Positions 24,945 through 34,645 of a DNA stretch of 35,171 nucleotides are shown here, one piece after another. Location of the stretch: IMG/VR virus record IMGVR_UViG_3300020042_008651, positions 1 to 35,171 of that record; one strand, written 5' to 3'. This DNA comes from a virus. Taxonomy: Duplodnaviria > Caudoviricetes. Position numbers and translations under genes: made by a program. How positions within the stretch are numbered: the stretch's first letter is position 1; each line of letters begins with the position of its first letter. Below the pieces are notes generated by a model, which was not told the DNA's origin, did not search any database, and saw only the letters and a list, made by a program, of their open reading frames with translations.

Positions 24945-27725
24945 TTATAATATTATTGGGTGTAATCTGTATTGTAATTCTATTAACATTTGACTGTTAC
25001 CTGCTGCTCCTAAATTTCCTGCTGAATGTATCTCTAATGCTAATTCTTTAAAAGGTAAATTATTAATATTTACACCTCTTTGTTTTGTCGCAGTTGTAAC
25101 GTGAGTAATTCCGTTATCAAAATCTAATATGTGAGTACCATCTCCATTAAATTGCAAATGTAATTTATGGTTATTGTAAGCAGTCTTTGGTGTGGTTGTT
25201 CCAAAGAATACAGTAATATAAGCATCATATACTTCGGTCCAAAACCCTTCTATTGATGCTAATAATTGAACAGGAGTTGTATGTAAGTTACGAAGTTCTG
25301 CAATCGTTAGAACTCTTGAAAGAAGTAATGGTTGGTCAATATTATTTATTACTGTTTCACCATCTCTCACACTTTTATAATTTGATGTGCCTATATAAGT
25401 TGTATTATTATTATTTAATTGATTATTCGCCCCACCAAAAACATTTATTAAGTCTCCATTTACTAAATTATTATTTGAGTTAATTAAATTAGCTGATCCT
25501 TGTACTCTATTCTCAAGACCACTTACATTTAAGTCAACATCTTTTTCATATTCGTTTCCATTCGGGTCAACATTTCTAAAAAAAGTAAGTTCCCCATCTC
25601 CTCCATTCCAAGTTTGAACTCCTCCACTAAAAACAGGTGCTACGGCTAACTTTAAAAAAGTAAGTTTTGCTGGTTCCTCACTATTGGAATCAAAGTCTAT
25701 TTCATAAAGCCTATAGTATTGTTTATCTATAAAATAATAATTTCTAAAAGATAATTTGTTTACTTCATTTTCACTTAATTTAGCATATAGAGTAACTGTC
25801 TTACTATCTTTATTTGTAATCTCTTGGAGTCCTTTTTTATGGTATAGATTAAAAAAATTATTGTCGGTATATGTTACACTTCTATTTGTTGTGTAAAATA
25901 TTTCTTTTGGAGTATAATAGTTGACATCATAAGTTGGACTTGTTACACTATTTAAATGCCCGACATACGGATATCTATCAAAGTAATGATAAGTATTATC
26001 TGGGTCTTTTAAATGGAAGAAATTAGTTCCAAAACTATTACTTAAACCACCAGCATATAATAATCTCAACTTGCTTGTGCCATCGGTTCTATTACCACTT
26101 GAATCTCTAAAAACTATTTGAGAAAACACCACACCATCATTCTTAGATTTTATCAATGGAGTTGGTGCAAAGACTACACTTGTGGTGAATGTATCATTTA
26201 CAAAATCATTTACTACACCAATTTTTGCACTTCCATATGGTTGGTTATATCTAAGTAAATAATCATTATTTGCGGCATCTTTATCTATTGCCATTTGATA
26301 ATTATATTCTTTAAATCTTAACTCTGATAATGGTTTAATTTCTATAGGTCTTGACATATCCACTTTGCTTGTCAAGTCAACTATTTCTTCTAAATAGAAT
26401 TGGTCTCTCGGTTCTATTATTAGTTTCTTTGGGTCAAGTGGATTAGGCTCAATATATAAGTTGAACAAGTTAATTACCGATACTAAAAAGTCACTTTGTT
26501 TTATATCACTTGGGAGGCAATTTGCAAGTAGCATAGTGTCACCAACAGCAATAGCTGAATCTATAACTCCATTAAAAAATGAACCCGATTTGAATATTAC
26601 ATTTACTGTACTTGCCGTAGCAAATCTTAATGTAAAATATTTAACTACTATCTCATCTCCTGCTTCACAATAAAACTCCGTAGTGAAATTACTTGTTCTA
26701 ACCGATGGACTAATTAATGAGTTATCATAAGATTGTGTTACACTACTAAATACATTAGTACCATTTTTATGTATTTCGTAATTAAAGAAAACATTAGTTG
26801 AACATTGTGAAATTATACTACAAGCAAATTTATATTTTGCACTTTTTCGTGCAGTAAAAGTAAATGTAGTATTATCGTATCCAGGTGGAACGGTATCTTG
26901 AATAACATTATTAAAAGGAACTGATGCCGAACTACCAAATCCAAATGTAATAGGACTACTATCGGTTGTTCTATCTGCCTCAAATGTATTAGCCGTTACT
27001 TGTGCCTCACTTAATAATAATTTATTTTGAGTGCAAGGAACTACTAAATTATTATAATGCCCACTTGTTAAAAATGAAGATTGAATCCTATATCCCGCAT
27101 CTTTAAATATTTGCTCAATTATTGTTCTTAAAAATATTTGTGGTTTCCAATTGGTAGTAAAGTATCCTCTTTGATTATTACTTAACCCCAAATCAATTAA
27201 ACCATAATAATATCCTCTTGTGTGACTTGGTGACCAACTTGCCTCAATGTTTGTATAATTCCAAACGTGGTTGTAAGCACTTAAATTTAATTGACTTAAT
27301 TTTTTATCTCCTAAGTCTTGGAAAAGGTTTGCCGTTTTACCAATGATTACTATTTCATATTCTATTTGGTAGTCATCTAATACATTTATATTTGTCAATT
27401 GAAGGTAACCATCAATCATTACGATATTGTTCTTATAAAGTATTGCATTAGCCTTTAAATTAGGGTTGAAGTCTGGTGCAAAATTATAAGTGTTGGTATT
27501 GTTTACCGACCTTGCTAAATTAAATATATTACTAAAGATGTCATTATTGTTATGGGTGCCAGGCAAAGTGATGGTCTTGGTGAAATCACTTTTTCTTTCA
27601 GCAATATTTTGGATGTCAATAATACTTTTATTAATTGGTAAAGCTACATTATCATACAAATCTAATTCATATTCAACTATGTTTGCTCCTGCAATTTGAT
27701 TAATTACTAATCTATTTTGATTCAT
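24945..27725 (-). CDS. Large tail tip / hub protein
   Basis: 926 aa, ELDLY..DIQ..KSDFTKTITLPGT..N N-terminus, FNLYIEP, Asn-rich C-terminal part. Confidence 0.7.
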   Translation of the reverse strand: MNQNRLVINQIAGANIVEYELDLYDNVALPINKSIIDIQNIAERKSDFTKTITLPGTHNNNDIFSNIFNLARSVNNTNTYNFAPDFNPNLKANAILYKNNIVMIDGYLQLTNINVLDDYQIEYEIVIIGKTANLFQDLGDKKLSQLNLSAYNHVWNYTNIEASWSPSHTRGYYYGLIDLGLSNNQRGYFTTNWKPQIFLRTIIEQIFKDAGYRIQSSFLTSGHYNNLVVPCTQNKLLLSEAQVTANTFEADRTTDSSPITFGFGSSASVPFNNVIQDTVPPGYDNTTFTFTARKSAKYKFACSIISQCSTNVFFNYEIHKNGTNVFSSVTQSYDNSLISPSVRTSNFTTEFYCEAGDEIVVKYFTLRFATASTVNVIFKSGSFFNGVIDSAIAVGDTMLLANCLPSDIKQSDFLVSVINLFNLYIEPNPLDPKKLIIEPRDQFYLEEIVDLTSKVDMSRPIEIKPLSELRFKEYNYQMAIDKDAANNDYLLRYNQPYGSAKIGVVNDFVNDTFTTSVVFAPTPLIKSKNDGVVFSQIVFRDSSGNRTDGTSKLRLLYAGGLSNSFGTNFFHLKDPDNTYHYFDRYPYVGHLNSVTSPTYDVNYYTPKEIFYTTNRSVTYTDNNFFNLYHKKGLQEITNKDSKTVTLYAKLSENEVNKLSFRNYYFIDKQYYRLYEIDFDSNSEEPAKLTFLKLAVAPVFSGGVQTWNGGDGELTFFRNVDPNGNEYEKDVDLNVSGLENRVQGSANLINSNNNLVNGDLINVFGGANNQLNNNNTTYIGTSNYKSVRDGETVINNIDQPLLLSRVLTIAELRNLHTTPVQLLASIEGFWTEVYDAYITVFFGTTTPKTAYNNHKLHLQFNGDGTHILDFDNGITHVTTATKQRGVNINNLPFKELALEIHSAGNLGAAGNSQMLIELQYRLHPIIL

Positions 27726-28888
27726 TATAAAGATTGTCTATATCGTGAGTATGTGTATTCTATATCAAAAGAAACATTAAACAACTTTCTATCATTCAAA
27801 AATTTCTTTGTCTCATAATTTTGATTAGATATATTTACTGAAACAAAATTAGTTGAACTGCGTTCAAGATAAATAATTGGTGATGTAGATAACTGCTCAA
27901 GTAATAAACTTTGCTCTTCAGTAATCCAATCTGATTGTATATTGATTGTATCATTTATTGTAGTGTTATAATTTGTTTTAAGCCTATCTGATTTCAAATA
28001 ACTAATAGGTAATGGTGCTTTGAATTGTTTACGTTCAATGGTTTCACTTTGTCTTGAGTTTCTTATAAAATTAAATGACTCAAATGCACCTAATTTATTT
28101 AACCAATGTAAACGAATGGTTGAATAGTATGAACATTGTGGAGTATATGTAAAAGTTTTTGATGCTAATATTACATCAGCACTTGTTTTAACTTGAATTG
28201 TATAAGTTCCATTCGCTAAAGTCAAACCTGATGTATCAAGAATCCACTTACCTGCGTTAATATTAAATAGATGTTCTTTTGCGGGTAAAGTTATTGTTTG
28301 AGTATAAGTAGTTCCTGACAATAAAACAACTTTAGCTGCCACTCTATTAGGGTCAAAAAAAGTAAGTATTTTATTTTGACTTGTTTCAATATTTTCATTT
28401 ACCGATGTGTTTGCATTTAGAAAACCAAAACCACTTACATTGCAATTCGCATATGAAGTAGGAGTGAAATCTTCAAAATCAAATATTCCGTTTGATGCAA
28501 ATTTAAAACTATTTACACTTGGTGTCGTAGGGTCACTAACTAATACTGCACTCAAAGTTGGAACTCCTGCAATATCATATAGTTCACGACATTCAATATA
28601 ATATTTTAAACGTGAATTAGTATTTGCCGCAACATAACTTGCTTGAGCATTTAAAAAGTCATAGCTAACATAGTTTTTAAGCACACTACCAATATCAAAA
28701 GTTAATGAACTACTTGAAGGTTGTGCAGGATATTTTAATCGTGCTAACAAAGTTGAAGTAGTAGTTTCTTTTATATCAATTATAAAGTTGAAATTTGGTT
28801 GAGCAGTATTAGTGCTTGTGATTGTATAAACCACTTGATTGAATGCCCCTATAAAAGCATTAGGAGATGTATTTATTGTGATTGCCAT
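27725..28888 (-). CDS. Tail structural protein (distal-tail-like)
   Basis: 387 aa, WLNKLGAFESFNF and SPIIY motifs; TAATG-coupled to the hub gene. Confidence 0.65.
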   Translation of the reverse strand: MAITINTSPNAFIGAFNQVVYTITSTNTAQPNFNFIIDIKETTTSTLLARLKYPAQPSSSSLTFDIGSVLKNYVSYDFLNAQASYVAANTNSRLKYYIECRELYDIAGVPTLSAVLVSDPTTPSVNSFKFASNGIFDFEDFTPTSYANCNVSGFGFLNANTSVNENIETSQNKILTFFDPNRVAAKVVLLSGTTYTQTITLPAKEHLFNINAGKWILDTSGLTLANGTYTIQVKTSADVILASKTFTYTPQCSYYSTIRLHWLNKLGAFESFNFIRNSRQSETIERKQFKAPLPISYLKSDRLKTNYNTTINDTINIQSDWITEEQSLLLEQLSTSPIIYLERSSTNFVSVNISNQNYETKKFLNDRKLFNVSFDIEYTYSRYRQSL

Positions 28889-28890
28889 AT

Positions 28891-29532
28891 TTAAAATTCT
28901 TGAACTATTTGAGCGGTTATTTTTCTTCCTATTTCTTTTGACATTGCTTGTGATAATATTCTTAATCTCTTTTTACCAACGGCTGGTTCTACATAATTTA
29001 CCGCTTTGATTCCACTTAATTTTGTAGCTATTGCCATTCCTTTTGCTGCCTTCTCTATTGCATCGTAATTAGCTACCTTTTTTTTGTTTTTAGTATTGTA
29101 TAGTCTTATTCTTTTTGTTGGAGTCTTCACACTCTTTAAACCCAGTTTAGATATATACTCTTTAAAACTATCTATCATTGAATCGGGAGTTCCTAAGTTC
29201 CTAAATTTGAATGGTGAGTTAGGTGCTTTAGCTTTATTTCTTAATCCTTGAACTCCTTTATCCAAATATTCCCAATGGTCTTGCATAGTAACTATTTGAA
29301 TCTTTAAATTACCATTTGCATCAATCGGAAAAGGTTTTGGTGCAAGGTCAGCAATTAGTTTTCCCCTATCTCCTATTCTCGTTTTCTTTGACAAAATTTT
29401 TCGCATAATAAGAATACTTGCATTCGCCCACTCAACCATAATTTTCTCAGCACCACTTCCTAATTCTTTTTCAAAATTATCGGTAGATGAGCCATACTTA
29501 CTTCCTATCTTAGTTCCTTGACCTTTTGCCAT
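28891..29532 (-). CDS. Putative neck / tail-completion protein
   Basis: 213 aa, basic, YLDKGVQG and GIKA motifs. Confidence 0.55.
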   Translation of the reverse strand: MAKGQGTKIGSKYGSSTDNFEKELGSGAEKIMVEWANASILIMRKILSKKTRIGDRGKLIADLAPKPFPIDANGNLKIQIVTMQDHWEYLDKGVQGLRNKAKAPNSPFKFRNLGTPDSMIDSFKEYISKLGLKSVKTPTKRIRLYNTKNKKKVANYDAIEKAAKGMAIATKLSGIKAVNYVEPAVGKKRLRILSQAMSKEIGRKITAQIVQEF

Positions 29533-29786
29533 AGCCTTTTTTCTTCTTCGCTTTTATCCTTGTAAAATACAACCGTATTTAAAAACTCAATTATGTTCAT
29601 ATCAAAATAGAAGTCCCATTTACTCCTATCATTATTTGACATATTATTTATGACACTAATCCAACCCCACTTTTCTTCAAATGTTCTACCACTTTGCTGT
29701 TCTCGTTCGCTACCTTCACTGACTTCTTCACTTCCTCCTCCAAGTAAGTTTGGATATTGTCGGCTAATTCCTTGAAATATTTGCAA
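29505..29786 (-). CDS. Tail assembly chaperone, -1 frameshift extension (gpT-like)
   Basis: Opens in the -1 frame exactly at the T9 run of the upstream ORF; FEEKWGW motif. Confidence 0.7.
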   Translation of the reverse strand: MQIFQGISRQYPNLLGGGSEEVSEGSEREQQSGRTFEEKWGWISVINNMSNNDRSKWDFYFDMNIIEFLNTVVFYKDKSEEEKRLWQKVKELR

Positions 29787-30265
29787 AAAAAAAGCATTAT
29801 AGGATATGATTGTGTTATCTTCATATGCTTGTAAAACAAGTCGGCAATCTCTTTATGCTTATCTGGATTGTACTTTAGTTTTTTACCATACCAAGTTCTC
29901 TCCACACAAATACTCGCCATTATATTATGAATATTATTCACAATATCTTTCTCACTCTTACAAAAAGAAGTTGCATCTATGTATTGATTCGCACCCATTT
30001 TTTGAGTTTGCCATATACACTCAAACCTTCTCCATTTTACTCTAAACTTTAATTTTAGTTTAGTATCACTTGTTAGCTTTTCAATGTCATTGAACTCTTT
30101 TAATGCATTAGTGAGTTCCTCAATAGGCATAGACTCTATTTCATCAAATGTTTTGTTTGTTACAATAGCCAACATTTTAATGCTCTTATCCAAAATATCG
30201 GTTTCAAAATCAGATATAGTCTTGCATTGAATAAATTGTCCTATTGTTAAATTCTTTAGTTTCAT
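29648..30265 (-). CDS. Tail assembly chaperone (gpG-like)
   Basis: 205 aa, contains the slippery codons CTT TTT TTT TGC (LFFC). Confidence 0.7.
   Translation of the reverse strand: MKLKNLTIGQFIQCKTISDFETDILDKSIKMLAIVTNKTFDEIESMPIEELTNALKEFNDIEKLTSDTKLKLKFRVKWRRFECIWQTQKMGANQYIDATSFCKSEKDIVNNIHNIMASICVERTWYGKKLKYNPDKHKEIADLFYKHMKITQSYPIMLFFCKYFKELADNIQTYLEEEVKKSVKVANENSKVVEHLKKSGVGLVS
29785..29793 (-). other. Programmed -1 ribosomal frameshift slippery site
   Basis: T TTT TTT heptamer in the correct X XXY YYZ phase. Confidence 0.7.
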
Positions 30266-30297
30266 TTTATAAATAATATATTTAAGTTGGTTATTTG

Positions 30298-31476
30298 TTA
30301 AACACGAATTGTGGCATATCTTCCTTGAGGTCTATTGTTTAATTTGTTTAATGCAAAATACCGAATAGCATCTAAACTATGATTTGAATGGTCTATTGGT
30401 TTTCCAGTCAATTTACCATCTCTATCTTTCTCCCATTGGTAAGACCTCAATTCTTTTATGGTATTAGTAGAGTTCTTAGTTATATTCATTTGATACCTTT
30501 TTAAGATATCTATGCCGATTTTAATTGAGTCTGGACCCTTTTGTGCTGACTGCATATTAAAGCCTTGTAACCGCAATTCTTGTATTGATTTTGGTTCGGC
30601 ACTATCTGCCACAATATCATAAGGTCTTGTGATGTTTATTGACTTCATAAAGTTTCCGATGTCATTGTTTGTCATATTGGTTCGGTATAATAGTTCATCA
30701 ATATAAAGTTCATTATCCATCTTATAAATTGCCATTAAAGTTGTTGGGTCGTTTGTAAACCCGAAATCCATTGAATAACCGAGTAATTTTGCATCGGTAG
30801 GTATTCCATCCACTTGCCTCCAATTATCAAACACAACACCCTCCAAACTTCCAATTTGACCCAATCCATATACTTTCCACCAGTTCGCCCAATATGATGA
30901 GGTCTCTGCTTTTTCTTTTGCCTTCTCTATTTCTTTGACCAATGCAATATCTAATGCCTCATTGTCTTTGTAGGTAAGGATTATATGCTCGGCATCCTTA
31001 TCACTCATAAGTTCCGTATGCACCCAAAACTCACTACTTGGATTAAAGTCTAAGTAAATGAAGTTTTTTGTTCTTATAGCTAATTGATGGTATGCCTCAA
31101 AGTTTACATTGTTTGCCTCATTGATGAACAAAACATCTCTTCTTGCACCTCTTAACTTATTAGGCTGATCGGCACTAAAGAATTCAATGTAAGATTTATT
31201 TTTGAAGGTATATTTTAAAGTGGATTTATTAAATTGATTGTCATTATAGAATCCAATCCAATCCATTATTTTTAAAAAATCTTTTAATGCACCCCTGCGG
31301 ATTTGTGGTATTGTCTCGGCTACTATGCTAATCTCACTATTTGGATTCTTGTATGCATAATCTATGAGCAACGGAATTATACTAAAGGTCTTTGAACTTG
31401 ATGTCCCACCCTGCACAATTCTTATCCTTTTTTTTAAATTAGATATCTTTGTTTGAGCCGTAGTTTCTTTTAGCAT
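30298..31476 (-). CDS. terL: Terminase large subunit (PBSX/SPP1-like)
   Basis: QGGTSSSKT Walker A, FINEAN Walker B, DFNP, DFGFTNDP, ADSAEP and NHSLDAIRY. Confidence 0.95.
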   Translation of the reverse strand: MLKETTAQTKISNLKKRIRIVQGGTSSSKTFSIIPLLIDYAYKNPNSEISIVAETIPQIRRGALKDFLKIMDWIGFYNDNQFNKSTLKYTFKNKSYIEFFSADQPNKLRGARRDVLFINEANNVNFEAYHQLAIRTKNFIYLDFNPSSEFWVHTELMSDKDAEHIILTYKDNEALDIALVKEIEKAKEKAETSSYWANWWKVYGLGQIGSLEGVVFDNWRQVDGIPTDAKLLGYSMDFGFTNDPTTLMAIYKMDNELYIDELLYRTNMTNNDIGNFMKSINITRPYDIVADSAEPKSIQELRLQGFNMQSAQKGPDSIKIGIDILKRYQMNITKNSTNTIKELRSYQWEKDRDGKLTGKPIDHSNHSLDAIRYFALNKLNNRPQGRYATIRV

Positions 31477-31509
31477 AATGCGAATTGCTCATCGTGTAGA
31501 CAAGCGGTT

Positions 31510-31926
31510 TTATTGACTTTCTTCATTTTTCTTGATGTTCAAATCAAGACCTTTAAAAATTTCTCTCTCACCCGATACTTCTACTTCTTGTTTTTCAATA
31601 TATCCTCTCTTCTTTCCTTTAGTTTTTAAGTAGAATATTATTGAACTCGGATTCGGTGCATCTTTAATTTCTACTATGTCTCCTCTGTTTGTCACTACTT
31701 CGTGACTTGCTCCTTGCATCAATACATTTAATTGAGATTCTGCAAAATCAATAGCCATATCATTGATACCTTCTACTGCTTCTTTATAAGTCTCATCTTC
31801 TCTCATCCATAGGTAATGAGTAGTTCTATCTATGCCTACCATCTTTGCTGCAGTAGTAACAATTCCAAGACTTTTTTCAAGAGCCTCAATCATTGCTTTT
31901 TTTAGTGTTGAGTTTTGTTGTTTCAT
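31510..31926 (-). CDS. terS: Terminase small subunit
   Basis: N-terminal HTH (AAKMVGIDRTTHYLW), IIFYLKTKGKKRGY; upstream of terL. Confidence 0.8.
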   Translation of the reverse strand: MKQQNSTLKKAMIEALEKSLGIVTTAAKMVGIDRTTHYLWMREDETYKEAVEGINDMAIDFAESQLNVLMQGASHEVVTNRGDIVEIKDAPNPSSIIFYLKTKGKKRGYIEKQEVEVSGEREIFKGLDLNIKKNEESQ

Positions 31927-32456
31927 TATTTTAATTTATAAAGTATTGACCATTGAGTAGGTAGGTTTAAATTCTTGACAAATTCGTATCCAAGTTTATC
32001 AAAAAGTATATTCCATTCTTCTTCAGTTTTAATATTGATATGTCCCCATTCTTCATCACCATTTGTCTTGTTAGGTGTTGAACTAAATAATATATTTTTA
32101 GGTTTTATTTTCTTAAATAGTGCTTTAAGTTCTTTATCGGTCATATGCTCTGCAACTTCTATGAATACAAGCAAGTCAGTTGTAATAGGTTTTGGCAATA
32201 CAATTAAGTGAGGTAAGTTTTCTGCCATATAATTACGATGTGCTTCAAAATACTCATAGCATACCACGTTAAATTCTTTGTTATAAAAAGAGTTTGAGTA
32301 AGCACCTACACCTGCTCCGTAATCTAATACTGATTCAAATGTTATCTCTTTTGCTATTGCATCAACTGTTGCATCACATAGGTTTATAAAATCGTTATTA
32401 AATGGACTTATTCCCATTTTAAGTTCTGCTTCTAAAAATTCTTTATCTGTTATCAT
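31926..32456 (-). CDS. Class I SAM-dependent methyltransferase
   Basis: VLDYGAGVG, EVAEH, FSSTP and GHIN. Confidence 0.85.
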   Translation of the reverse strand: MITDKEFLEAELKMGISPFNNDFINLCDATVDAIAKEITFESVLDYGAGVGAYSNSFYNKEFNVVCYEYFEAHRNYMAENLPHLIVLPKPITTDLLVFIEVAEHMTDKELKALFKKIKPKNILFSSTPNKTNGDEEWGHINIKTEEEWNILFDKLGYEFVKNLNLPTQWSILYKLK

Positions 32457-32767
32457 TTCTTTCTATTTGCGTATAAATGTTTTGGTTTTTCTTCTATTAC
32501 TTCTTCTTCTTGTTTTGGATTATCTAATTCATATTTGTTTACGAATCTCACCATATTCTTCATTGCTTGAATCATACACCCTTGACAATCTCCTGATCTA
32601 ATTCCCGTTATTTCTTGACTATATTCTTTTATTCTTATGAGTTGATAATTAGTGCCACACCAACTACTCTCCTTGTCAAATATTTTGATGAGTTCAAGTA
32701 TTGTGAATCTCTCGTCAACTAATGGAGTGCTTTGCATCTCCTCGTAAATTTCTTGGTATCTTCTCAT
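32453..32767 (-). CDS. Hypothetical protein with CxxC
   Basis: 104 aa, CQGC. Confidence 0.65.
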   Translation of the reverse strand: MRRYQEIYEEMQSTPLVDERFTILELIKIFDKESSWCGTNYQLIRIKEYSQEITGIRSGDCQGCMIQAMKNMVRFVNKYELDNPKQEEEVIEEKPKHLYANRKK

Positions 32768-32769
32768 TT

Positions 32770-33000
32770 TTAAAATTTAAATAATAATCTTTTTAGTAAT
32801 ATTGAACCATAAGCACCATAACCTGCATATGCAAAAGGTTCGGCATAAGTTTGCAAATTGAAAACATACGTTACCACACATACCCAAAAGGTAAGGCATA
32901 CTATACAGTTAAATGGTTTAAAATCCATCCACTTTGGGACTTGAGTTAATGAAAAGAATGATACGAATACCATTGCTATTCCAATTGAAGTTAATATCAT
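32770..33000 (-). CDS. Small membrane protein with CxxC
   Basis: KPFNCIVCLTFW and 2-3 hydrophobic segments. Confidence 0.7.
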   Translation of the reverse strand: MILTSIGIAMVFVSFFSLTQVPKWMDFKPFNCIVCLTFWVCVVTYVFNLQTYAEPFAYAGYGAYGSILLKRLLFKF

Positions 33001-34106
33001 TTTTTTAATATTTGTTTGTATGTATTATATCTTAATTCTGCTATCTTATCAATTGACTGCACTTGAACATCCAAATATAATTGTTCGCTTAAATCTTCAA
33101 TCATATTAGGGTTGCGAATTAGTTTAACCATATTTTTAAACCAATCGTGTTTGTTCTTTGCTTTAAGGCAATTCTTATCGGTTAGTAAAGTATTGTATGG
33201 ATGCACATCACTTACTATTACTGCCTTCTTTTTGAATCCTGCTTCAAGTAATTTAAGATTGGATTTCATATTGTTGAATCTTGTGTTTTTCAAAGGTATT
33301 AGAGCCACGTTTATATTGTCATAAAAGTAAGCATAGTTATGAACATCGGTACTTGGAAAGATTTCAAAGTTTTTAGCACTTGCTTTACCTTTACACGACA
33401 AAACACCTAACATTGCCTCTGATTCCTCATCTCCTTTTGCGTATCCACCATATATCATCTTGAATTCATCCTTGTACCTATAATCCGTGTATAAGGCTAA
33501 TAAGCTATCGTGCATTAGCATAATGTCATCAAAATGAGTTATACTACCACTCCAACCAAAAACTACCTTTAAATCGGATTTAAATGGTTTTGGCTCAAAT
33601 TGTGCCAATGGAGGTAATCCATTTGGAATAATGTAAGTTTCTTTTTTACCAACCTCTTTTTGTATCTCATCGGCTAATAATTGATGAGTGCAAGTAATTA
33701 CATCGGCATATCTTAAAGAGTCTTTTACATCAGCTCCTACACCTTGTCTTTTTGATTCGTTGTAAAGAATGTGGTTTGTAGGAAGTTGGAAGTCATCATC
33801 CATATCTAAAACAAATTTTACCCCTGCCTTTTTTATTTTATCGGCTACCTTTTTTGATTCCAATATTTTTGACATAGTTCTATTGCCTATTATCAAATCA
33901 AACCTTTTTATAAAGTCTATTGAATCTACACCATCTATTATGTCGGAATCAATATCTCCCGCTTGATACAAGTCTACTTCATTTGGATAAAACTTTGCTA
34001 ATGCCTTGTGTGGATTTAACAATCGGTGATAGTCCACACCATTAAGAGTTGACTTTTCACCTGGCTTTGTTTCCGAGTAACTTGGTATTAATACTAATAT
34101 TTTCAT
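32997..34106 (-). CDS. GT-B fold glycosyltransferase (GT4-like)
   Basis: GVDYHRL..P, DMDDD, IPNG, GWSGSITH, FNNMKSNLKLLEAG and IVSDV.PY. Confidence 0.85.
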   Translation of the reverse strand: MKILVLIPSYSETKPGEKSTLNGVDYHRLLNPHKALAKFYPNEVDLYQAGDIDSDIIDGVDSIDFIKRFDLIIGNRTMSKILESKKVADKIKKAGVKFVLDMDDDFQLPTNHILYNESKRQGVGADVKDSLRYADVITCTHQLLADEIQKEVGKKETYIIPNGLPPLAQFEPKPFKSDLKVVFGWSGSITHFDDIMLMHDSLLALYTDYRYKDEFKMIYGGYAKGDEESEAMLGVLSCKGKASAKNFEIFPSTDVHNYAYFYDNINVALIPLKNTRFNNMKSNLKLLEAGFKKKAVIVSDVHPYNTLLTDKNCLKAKNKHDWFKNMVKLIRNPNMIEDLSEQLYLDVQVQSIDKIAELRYNTYKQILKK

Positions 34107-34606
34107 TTCTTTAAAATTTTTGAGTATTCCTTTATTCTATTTTTTGCCTTCCTTAGTATTTCATAACTTATACCTGTTGCTCTATGCACCTTTGATAAAG
34201 TACCAAGTTCATTGTAATGTAATAAGATTCGGTTATCAATCTCATCCAACTCAAGCATAAACTCTTCAATAGTTTCTAATTCAATATTACTATAAAGAGG
34301 TTCATCTATATGAATAGGCTCTGCCGTTGGTAATGTATTATCTTGTCTTGAATAAATATAACTAAAATCCTCATATTTATAAATGATATAACCAAGTTTG
34401 CCTTGCTTACTAATTATATTTCTTGCGACACAAAAAAACCAAAAAGGGAGATGCTCTTTGGTCGGTAGTCGGTCTTCATTAATAGTCAATATTTGCTCAC
34501 ACACTTCTTGGAATATATCCTCGCAGTATTTCTTGTTGATTTTATAGCAAGTAGTTCTGAAACTATCATTGCTCAAAATGTGGTTTATAATTTCTTCTCG
34601 TGTCAA
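34103..34606 (-). CDS. Sigma-70/ECF-like transcription factor (probable late activator)
   Basis: Region-2-like EDIFQEV..ARN and region-4 HTH LSKVHRATGISYEIL. Start moved to TTG 34606 (167 aa). Confidence 0.65.
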   Translation of the reverse strand: MTREEIINHILSNDSFRTTCYKINKKYCEDIFQEVCEQILTINEDRLPTKEHLPFWFFCVARNIISKQGKLGYIIYKYEDFSYIYSRQDNTLPTAEPIHIDEPLYSNIELETIEEFMLELDEIDNRILLHYNELGTLSKVHRATGISYEILRKAKNRIKEYSKILKK

Positions 34607-34617
34607 AATTTTTGCAT

Positions 34618-34645
34618 AAAAAAAAGCACCAATAAATTGATGCTT
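34618..34645 (-). terminator. Rho-independent terminator immediately upstream of the sigma-like gene
   Basis: AAGCATCAAT-TT-ATTGGTGC followed by T8. Confidence 0.7.

Noticed and set aside
31477-31509. terS-terL stop-codon read-through (33-nt in-frame gap)
   Set aside because: A second in-frame stop (TGA) lies in the spacer
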